From: an uncultured Candidatus Saccharibacteria bacterium
Lineage (GTDB): Bacteria > Patescibacteriota > Saccharimonadia > Saccharimonadales > Saccharimonadaceae
Assembly (NCBI GenBank): GCA_938049075.1
Contig: CALICZ010000127.1
Span: 1-41,258 of the forward strand
Direction of reading: 5' to 3'
DNA: 41,258 bases
The position numbers and the translations under genes were made by a program. Below are positions 34,567-41,258 of this stretch, in pieces. How positions within the stretch are numbered: the first letter of the stretch is position 1; every line of letters starts with the position of its first letter. The notes below the pieces were generated by a model. The model did no database searches. It saw only the letters and a list, made by a program, of their open reading frames with translations, and was not told where the DNA came from.

Positions 34567-36768
34567 TTATTGTGACTTCTTTGGGTAAGGCCGCTTGCCC
34601 TCTGGGATTTCACCAGGATGGTCATTGACCATCGGGCTAGTACCGTCTTCTGCCGCCGCTTGTGCCTGGGCCAGAGAGGCCATATCTTTCTCCGACATGC
34701 CGATTAAGTCGTCTCCACTCGGCTGCTCTAAGGAACTCCCGCCCTGCCCTGCCGGTGAGCCCTGGGACTGAGGCGTGGATGTGGATTGTCCGTCCAGCCC
34801 TGCGACTGGCGAGCCATCCGCGTGCAGAGTTGGATCGAGCCCATCCACGGAGCGTTTGGCTTGCAAAATCCCGTTCACTTCCATTTCCTTGAGGTGGCTC
34901 GGGTCCGGCTGCAGCTCCAGAGCCTGTTCGATCTGGTACTTCGTCCATGGTGATGCGTCCTTATAATTAATAGTAATATGCTCGTATGGATCGCGCTCCT
35001 CAGGTTCAGCAGGAGGCGCAAGCATAGCGTTGAACTTCTCGTCAGTAAGGTCTGGATCGTTCTTTTGCAGGAAGTAACGAGACAGTTCGATCTGATCAAA
35101 GATTGGATTACCGAGCATGAGTTCCTTGTTCTTTTCATCACGCATACCCACCTCAATCTCTTTTTGCTTGAGGGTGCTGTCTAGCTCAACGTGCGCTTCC
35201 CACTCACCGTCAAACTCGTATGGATCGTAGTCATGGAAAAATACACCACGAGGGCCAACGATACGGACAGTAGATCGCTTCGTAACAAACACTTGGATGA
35301 GCTTGAACAAAAGAGAACCGAGCTGTGCGTACCCTTCAGACTCCATGTTAGCTGTCTTAGTAGCGAAGCGTGTGTTGGCCTGGTTCACTTGGTTCTGAAT
35401 CTCTGTAGCAGTAGCCGAACCCTTCTGCTGAGCCACGCCCTGCACTGCCTCATCAGCCGCAGTGGCACGACGCATACGCTGGAGAACTGCGAGTTTCTTG
35501 TTCTCGAGGTCACCAGAGAGTTGAGGACGCTCAATCACACCCATTGCATTACGAGGAATCGGGTACACAGCACCTGGGATGGTCTCAATCTCAGTAGCAA
35601 AGTCTGCGTACTGCGGGTCAACCCAGTACATTGGAGTATTCTGATAGGCGTTGTTGTCGATGTCCATCGCCTCGTAGTCATTCACCAGCTCGTTGTCACG
35701 GTAGATGAGCTCCATCTCACCAGAACCATAAAACTGTGAGACATCTACGTAGTCACGTAGGACAGCAAAGGGTAGGAACGGCTCAATAGCTTTGAGCTTT
35801 TTCTTAGTGACAATCTCTTTGCCCTCATATTCGGTCGTGCCTTCTACCTCTTGCTCATCACGCTGACACCAGGTGGGAGCTGAGAACACAACCTTCTTAC
35901 GGTTGGCGACCTCATAGATACGGCCAGTATCGAGGTCATGCAGAAGAATCATATATACCTGATTCTTTGGTGCGTTCTCAGACAATGTGGAGTTAGAGAA
36001 CATATCCTTAAACTCCTTGTCCATACTACTGTTAGCATTCTCACCTTCCTTGTTGCCCTCTGTAGTGAAGAGCCCAGCGTCATCTAGTCCGGTGTATTTA
36101 GGCACAAACTTGTCCTTCTTGGGGTCGTAGATCTTCTGACGCTTGAGGTCTTCAATGTTAGCCAAGTAATGGAAGCCTGCGTACCGTGCATTGTGCATTG
36201 TCTCAACCAACCCAGTAGAGGTTGGGTCAACAAAGAAGTCACGCAGAGGGATGTTCTGGATTACGGGGCGGCCCTTGGCCCAGGTGACGTATAGGACACC
36301 AGTGCCGTAGAGAAGCGACTCACGTACCCATTCCTGGTTCTTGAGTCCCATACGGTTGACTATCATGTAGTAGTCAAGCATGTTGTTGAGGACATCAACG
36401 TCGTCTGTCTGCTCCTCATTTGTCTTGGTGAAATGGAACTTAGGTAGCCCACCCGCTAGGTTAGCTACAAGAGTTTCAATAATAGTATGGGCTTCACGTA
36501 CTGATGGGTCTGAGATACCATCATAGTTACGAATAACTCGCTTACCCTTGTAGACTTTGTAGCACTTGTCCCACAGAGGGCGAAGGCCATTGTCTACATA
36601 TCGCTTTGCGGAGTCGAAACGCTCCAAGATATCCTTGAGTTGAAGCTCACCAGAGGCTTTAGCGTCCTCTGTGAACTGCTCGTGATCGTCTTCTGCGTTC
36701 GATGGCTTTGCTAATTCCGCTAGCGCCTTGGTATTTCTGTCCGGTTTTTGTTGTTCTTGTGGTGGCAT
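34567..36768 (-). CDS. Portal protein (P22-like podovirus type)
   Basis: 733 aa; ESLLYGTGV, DFFVDP, FYGSG, ATATEI. Follows terL. Confidence 0.9.
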   Translation of the reverse strand: MPPQEQQKPDRNTKALAELAKPSNAEDDHEQFTEDAKASGELQLKDILERFDSAKRYVDNGLRPLWDKCYKVYKGKRVIRNYDGISDPSVREAHTIIETLVANLAGGLPKFHFTKTNEEQTDDVDVLNNMLDYYMIVNRMGLKNQEWVRESLLYGTGVLYVTWAKGRPVIQNIPLRDFFVDPTSTGLVETMHNARYAGFHYLANIEDLKRQKIYDPKKDKFVPKYTGLDDAGLFTTEGNKEGENANSSMDKEFKDMFSNSTLSENAPKNQVYMILLHDLDTGRIYEVANRKKVVFSAPTWCQRDEQEVEGTTEYEGKEIVTKKKLKAIEPFLPFAVLRDYVDVSQFYGSGEMELIYRDNELVNDYEAMDIDNNAYQNTPMYWVDPQYADFATEIETIPGAVYPIPRNAMGVIERPQLSGDLENKKLAVLQRMRRATAADEAVQGVAQQKGSATATEIQNQVNQANTRFATKTANMESEGYAQLGSLLFKLIQVFVTKRSTVRIVGPRGVFFHDYDPYEFDGEWEAHVELDSTLKQKEIEVGMRDEKNKELMLGNPIFDQIELSRYFLQKNDPDLTDEKFNAMLAPPAEPEERDPYEHITINYKDASPWTKYQIEQALELQPDPSHLKEMEVNGILQAKRSVDGLDPTLHADGSPVAGLDGQSTSTPQSQGSPAGQGGSSLEQPSGDDLIGMSEKDMASLAQAQAAAEDGTSPMVNDHPGEIPEGKRPYPKKSQ

Positions 36769-38602
36769 TCCTGTACCTTTTTACTGGTTTTTGTATATAT
36801 TTTGCTGCATATTCCGTGTTATATGGAGACCAATCTGCCATTTGTAAGGCAATTGCTGTAGACATCACGACGTCGTCATGCTGCCCCTGTTGGGCCTCCA
36901 TAGCACCGTTATCTTTTCTAATGTAACTCATTGCTTCACGGATGAATACAATGTCTAAGTCGATTATATCACCTTCTCGAATAGAACGCTGCAATTCAGA
37001 GATCATAATAGGCTTAGTCTTCTTGTTTGTCTGCCAACCGAATTTAGTAGTGCGTACCTGGAATTGCTCATCCTCTGCAGTCTCGCGCATATATAGATTG
37101 CGGTAGAACATATTACGCAGCTTGGCGGCAGTGGCAATACCGTGGTTGTTGATCTCCACCCCTACAAGGGCGGTATTATAGTACGTACCAATATTAAATA
37201 CGATCTCACCGAGCTGATCAGGGTCAGCATATCCACGCCAGCGCGCCACAACCTTGCGGGCTAAGACATCAAAGACAGTAATCACAGAGAAGTCGGCTTC
37301 CTTACCTGAGGATGCTTCCACCTCAATACCTTCTGACACGTCCACGCCAATCACATACTTACGCGAACGATCGACATCCCACCATACACGTAGTGGTGTT
37401 GGGTCATTATCACCCACCCGGCGTATCTCAATAAACTTGATACGCTCCATGCCAGTCTCTGGGTCGACAACCTTCTTAATATCGCCACACATATACGGGT
37501 GGGTCTTCTGTGCATCCACTGCGATACGCTCCATCTCCTGGAGCATAGGGACGTCAAAGACAGGCCGACCAGACGCAAGGAACGCTTCCTCTGGAGTGGA
37601 AGGGTATTCCTGATAAAACTTCTTGGGGTCAGTACGAAATTCCTTCTTTTTTAGCCTACGCCAATAGATCTTACGAGGCCATGACGCACGATCGTACCCC
37701 TCATGCTCGAATAACTTATAGAGCGCCTCCTCCTCAGCATCTAGGTCACCAAGATCATCATCAATAATATTCGGTGTCTCGTACTCATTGTGCGAATGCC
37801 ATGCGAAGAACACTGGGCGGAACTGTGACTCCCCTCGCTTGGCAGCATTCCACTCATCATAGAAATAGCCACCGATACCGTTGGCCGTGGACTCCAGAAA
37901 AATAAAGGTTTCTGGGGCCATTGGTACAGCCTGCACCGCAGCAGACGTGACGTCCGCAGAATCATCCCAGAAGGCACATTCACTACCGTGCAAGAATTTG
38001 ATCGTGCTAGAACGCCCCTTGCCCTCTGTAGCCACCATCGTCTTAATCTCAGACTGTAACCCAGGAGACGGTAGGTTTTGTGCGTCGTACGTCTTCTTGA
38101 CTTCGTCAGAGACATCAAAGGTAAGGTCTTGCTTCGTGTTATATTTCCGGTCAGGCTTGAATGATGGGTGAGAATACTCGTAGTACCGACGGAACATCTC
38201 ATAAAGATTCTTTGTGGCTTCCTTTTCATGAGCAATAATCACTGTAGTAGTGAATCGGTGGGTAGATGTCCACCAATACCCCATCGCCTCAATCAACGTA
38301 GACATACCCATCTGACGAGCCTTCAATACAATGTACCGAATAGGACGCCCCGTAGCGAGATCCTCTGCCACCATCTTGATAAGCTCCATCTGCTCCCAGT
38401 TCAACACATCATAGAATGGAATCAGCTGGTTAGAATACTTGTCACGAATCATGAGATTACGCTCACAAAACAGAAGAAAATCCCCCGCAATAAGCTTCAC
38501 CGTTTCACGGATCTGGTCATCAGGAGAGAGGAGGTAGAAATTAGGGATACTATTTACAATCCTCTCCCGTGTTTTCTCACTAAGCTTTGGATGCTTCGCC
38601 AT
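36659..38602 (-). CDS. terL: Terminase large subunit
   Basis: LKARQMGMST Walker A, LHGSECAFW, ESTANG, FYQEYP, IGVDVSEG, VEINNHG and HDDVVMS. Confidence 0.95.
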   Translation of the reverse strand: MAKHPKLSEKTRERIVNSIPNFYLLSPDDQIRETVKLIAGDFLLFCERNLMIRDKYSNQLIPFYDVLNWEQMELIKMVAEDLATGRPIRYIVLKARQMGMSTLIEAMGYWWTSTHRFTTTVIIAHEKEATKNLYEMFRRYYEYSHPSFKPDRKYNTKQDLTFDVSDEVKKTYDAQNLPSPGLQSEIKTMVATEGKGRSSTIKFLHGSECAFWDDSADVTSAAVQAVPMAPETFIFLESTANGIGGYFYDEWNAAKRGESQFRPVFFAWHSHNEYETPNIIDDDLGDLDAEEEALYKLFEHEGYDRASWPRKIYWRRLKKKEFRTDPKKFYQEYPSTPEEAFLASGRPVFDVPMLQEMERIAVDAQKTHPYMCGDIKKVVDPETGMERIKFIEIRRVGDNDPTPLRVWWDVDRSRKYVIGVDVSEGIEVEASSGKEADFSVITVFDVLARKVVARWRGYADPDQLGEIVFNIGTYYNTALVGVEINNHGIATAAKLRNMFYRNLYMRETAEDEQFQVRTTKFGWQTNKKTKPIMISELQRSIREGDIIDLDIVFIREAMSYIRKDNGAMEAQQGQHDDVVMSTAIALQMADWSPYNTEYAAKYIQKPVKRYRNATTRTTKTGQKYQGASGISKAIERRRRSRAVHRGR

Positions 38603-39014
38603 TGATTTCCTTCAACATCTTCTCATGTTCTTTCTGCCGCTTCGCTAAAAACCGGTTCTTAGACTCAACACGCAAGGGGTGCAACTCATTGAACGCCTCC
38701 ACAAGCAACTGTGACGGCCGATCAAGGGGCCCAAGCCCCATCATATAAGCATTCACCTCTGTCGCCATAATAGCCGAAGCGTGCTTCAAGGCAATGTTAC
38801 AGAACATACTGAAATTCTGAATACTCATATATGTCTCAAAATTATCAGCATAAATACCTACATAAGCATCCTTCATCTTCTTGCCCATGTGATGGTTAGC
38901 CTTCCTAGGCCCATTCTTAGTCTTCTTGCCGCCATACAGAACCTTCGAAATATCCTTCTGACTCTTAATAAACTCTGGCGTTAGCCCATATTTCTCGTAC
39001 AAAGTTCTTACCAT
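38580..39014 (-). CDS. Hypothetical basic protein
   Basis: GGAGG RBS; overlaps the terL start. Confidence 0.75.
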   Translation of the reverse strand: MVRTLYEKYGLTPEFIKSQKDISKVLYGGKKTKNGPRKANHHMGKKMKDAYVGIYADNFETYMSIQNFSMFCNIALKHASAIMATEVNAYMMGLGPLDRPSQLLVEAFNELHPLRVESKNRFLAKRQKEHEKMLKEINGEASKA

Positions 39015-39208
39015 CTAAACCGCCTCCAATCGAATCTTAACGTAACAATAAACAAATGCACTGCGAACGTATACTGATACTCCCCACAGCCAGGGAATCG
39101 CCTGTCAGGCCGTGTAATAAGCCGCTTGCCGTAAGCAACCAGGGCATCAGGTAGAATACCATCAACCACTGGGGCATACAGATTAAGCCAATTAGGAGTC
39201 ACTCTCAT
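39008..39208 (-). CDS. Small hypothetical protein
   Basis: GAGGAGG RBS; overlaps both neighbours. Confidence 0.6.
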   Translation of the reverse strand: MRVTPNWLNLYAPVVDGILPDALVAYGKRLITRPDRRFPGCGEYQYTFAVHLFIVTLRFDWRRFRW

Positions 39209-40814
39209 TATCTTCCTCCTCGCGTGGCTGTGGATAATACAACTTAAACTTAGCCTTCCGCCACGGTGTATTCACCTTGGACTTAATAATAGTCGCCTCA
39301 ATGAAATGCCCAATGAAATTCCCAGCCTGCGTGTCCTTGGTGGTGCGACCAAACCGCCACGACTTCATAGTCTTCAGTGAGATCATGAGCGATGCAGCAT
39401 ACGGCACAGCCATACCGCCTGGCGTGTATTTCTGCGGCACATACCCACCAATCACCTCCCGCTCCTGGTTGATAATCACAAGGGCAGTATCGTTCTTAGC
39501 TAGAAGAATCGGTAACACCCGCATCATCTTATTCACCATCTTAGCCTTCTGCCCAATATTCGCATTAGCAATATTGTCCTCAGCCTCAGTCTTCGTAGTG
39601 CAAGCAGCTAATGAATCAAAGATAATCATATCATACGACCCATCCTCTGCAGCCTCCTTGATAGCCTCATAAATATCCTCTAGGAAGGCAGACTTGTTGT
39701 ACAGGGTGAAATTAGCAGGGTTAAGCTTCAGAGCGATCAACAACTCAGGGTTCAAAGACGCCTCAGAATCCACATAAAACACCTTCTTATCCCGAAGCCC
39801 TGCCACCATATTAAGCGCAAGAGTGGTGTTGTGGGTGACAATATAGTCTTCAGAAGCAACATAAAGGTTCTTAGGCCCATTTACCCAAATACACCGGATT
39901 TTCTTAGTCTCACCAGTCTTAGTCACAGACAAAATACGCCGAGAAATAGCCTCTGGTGGAGTGTACTTGCTCTGCTCCTCCTCAGTCATAAATGGGTTGT
40001 AAGGTAACTGAAACACAACATAAGGCGACCCCTTGAGATGCTCTGTAGATGTGATCGTACCACCAAGCGAATAGACAATCTTGCAGAACTGCTCACGCTT
40101 CTTTTTATCAGTAATAGTCACATATATCATACCCCCCGCACCGACAGTACCGATAGAGGTGATCACGCTATTGAGGAAGTTATACCGTGACCAGAGATTA
40201 GCCACTGTCCACCGATCAAAGATAGAGGCAGGAGTATCAGCCTCAACAAATCGACGAGCCACATACTCGGGGTCTTCCTTCAACGTGCCGTTGTCATAAG
40301 CCACAGAGTCCACAATAGGCAAACAACTCCCCCACAGATGGCGTTTCTGAGCCAACTCACGAGTCTCAACAATCTCCCACGGAGAGATAGGATTTTCCTG
40401 ACGAATCATCCACAGATGCTCACCATCGACTTCGAGTGACGTACCACCAGAGATAGAAACCTTGTATGTAGGCAACTCACCCCGATCATATACCCCTAAG
40501 ACCTCAGCAGGTTTACCGTCCCAACCGATAACGTAGTCTCCAGGGTTAATATCACCCATACGCTTTGTAGAGCCATCAGCCATAGGAATAATAGAATCCA
40601 CTGGCTGGCCCTTTCCCGTAGCATACGGAGCTTGCAGTTGTGTCACACGACCCCTTGGTATCATAGTGAGCGAATCAAACGAAGGTACTCCCGTAGAGAT
40701 CCACTTCACCTCATCCACCCCCATCTTCGTAAACTCCGCTAGGGCTGAACTAGCATCATAATCAATATCCTTGATACGCTCAAACGGGTTGTCTTGGTCT
40801 ATAGATTTAGCCAT
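39192..40814 (-). CDS. recA: RecA/UvsX-like recombinase containing an intein
   Basis: ISTG..SFD...IPRGRVT, APYATGK|TT, VDSE, IIFDSLAA, IINQ.R, TPGG.A..Y.AS and KSKV. Start at ATG 40814 (AAAGGA RBS). 540 aa precursor, about 279 aa after splicing. Confidence 0.9.
   Translation of the reverse strand: MAKSIDQDNPFERIKDIDYDASSALAEFTKMGVDEVKWISTGVPSFDSLTMIPRGRVTQLQAPYATGKGQPVDSIIPMADGSTKRMGDINPGDYVIGWDGKPAEVLGVYDRGELPTYKVSISGGTSLEVDGEHLWMIRQENPISPWEIVETRELAQKRHLWGSCLPIVDSVAYDNGTLKEDPEYVARRFVEADTPASIFDRWTVANLWSRYNFLNSVITSIGTVGAGGMIYVTITDKKKREQFCKIVYSLGGTITSTEHLKGSPYVVFQLPYNPFMTEEEQSKYTPPEAISRRILSVTKTGETKKIRCIWVNGPKNLYVASEDYIVTHNTTLALNMVAGLRDKKVFYVDSEASLNPELLIALKLNPANFTLYNKSAFLEDIYEAIKEAAEDGSYDMIIFDSLAACTTKTEAEDNIANANIGQKAKMVNKMMRVLPILLAKNDTALVIINQEREVIGGYVPQKYTPGGMAVPYAASLMISLKTMKSWRFGRTTKDTQAGNFIGHFIEATIIKSKVNTPWRKAKFKLYYPQPREEEDNESDS
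39828..40610 (-). mobile_element. Class 3-type intein (261 aa) with degenerate homing endonuclease remnant
   Basis: Starts GQPVDSIIPMADG and ends YIVTHN/T. Block B EHLW, block F RCIWV. Confidence 0.9.
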
Positions 40815-41203
40815 ATAAATCCTTTCATGTAAATGTATTACTAGTAGCCTATGAGAATCGTCATGAGACGTGCCTGAGAGGCTCTGTGAGACGTCTAAAT
40901 ACATAAAATGTATTTGTATACGTCTATCCCGAGAATCATCCTGTAGCGTCACGAAGGACGCTTGTGGGATGGTCTGGGTGTGACTAGAGTATATACCATC
41001 GAGAGGGTAGTAGTCTAGAGGGCATCAATGGATAGGGAAGTTAAAAATTAGGTGGAAAAAATTTTGGCAAGGGTATTTGGTGGGACTCCAGAGTGAATAA
41101 AATGACGGCCGTGTTCCGCATTCGGGAAACTCACAATAATAGCCTGGTGTTAGGGGAAGGGCGACGCACCGCTTCCTTTCGGGGTGTACCCCCACACCCC
41201 CAC

Positions 41204-41258
41204 CCCCCCTAGGGGAGGGCCACGCGCACGCACAGACGCCAGGAGGAGAGGAGCGAGC
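41204..41258. repeat. Terminal direct repeat, copy 2
   Basis: Identical to 1-55. Confidence 0.95.

Noticed and set aside
39229..39237. Third DnaA box
   Set aside because: It lies inside the recA coding sequence (YYPQ) with no regulatory context.
19615..40299. Many + strand ORFs across the late module
   Set aside because: They are antisense shadows of long structural genes, without RBS or motifs.
40815..40952. N-terminal extension of RecA in the track
   Set aside because: No RBS at the GTG; ATG 40814 has AAAGGA and gives a normal RecA start.
41204..41258. 55-bp terminal repeat as a biological DTR
   Set aside because: The length equals a standard assembler k-mer; it more likely reflects circular assembly overlap.
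1..41258. Stop-codon reassignment
   Set aside because: Core genes are full length and tightly packed under the standard code, with TAA, TAG and TGA all used as stops.

Overview
The window is an apparently complete ~41.2 kb tailed-phage genome. It has a 55-bp terminal overlap, probably an assembly k-mer, giving a 41,203-bp circle. The + strand (1-19.5 kb) carries early/middle genes: small membrane proteins, an SF2 helicase, three tandem winged-helix initiator-like genes with an intragenic iteron origin, a DnaB-like helicase, a TOPRIM primase, a TROVE/Ro60-like (DUF2828-type) protein, SSB, a KGG protein, HNH, RusA, WhiB and an exported lytic transglycosylase. The - strand carries a podovirus-type late module: intein-containing RecA, TerL, portal, scaffold, capsid, adaptor, nozzle, ejection proteins, tail fibre, holin and CHAP endolysin. 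No integrase, DNA polymerase, tRNA or CRISPR array was recognised. The gene content suggests a Saccharibacteria (CPR) or Actinobacteria-associated host; this is inference only. The most interesting signal is a vWA-less Ro60/TROVE-like gene whose 3' end holds a promoter. That promoter drives three stem-closed Y-RNA-like units sharing a [stem]-NNN-CA(G/T)C architecture with variable loops, one of which is antisense to a Shine-Dalgarno+ATG region. All protein calls are from motif recognition by eye; no database searches were run.
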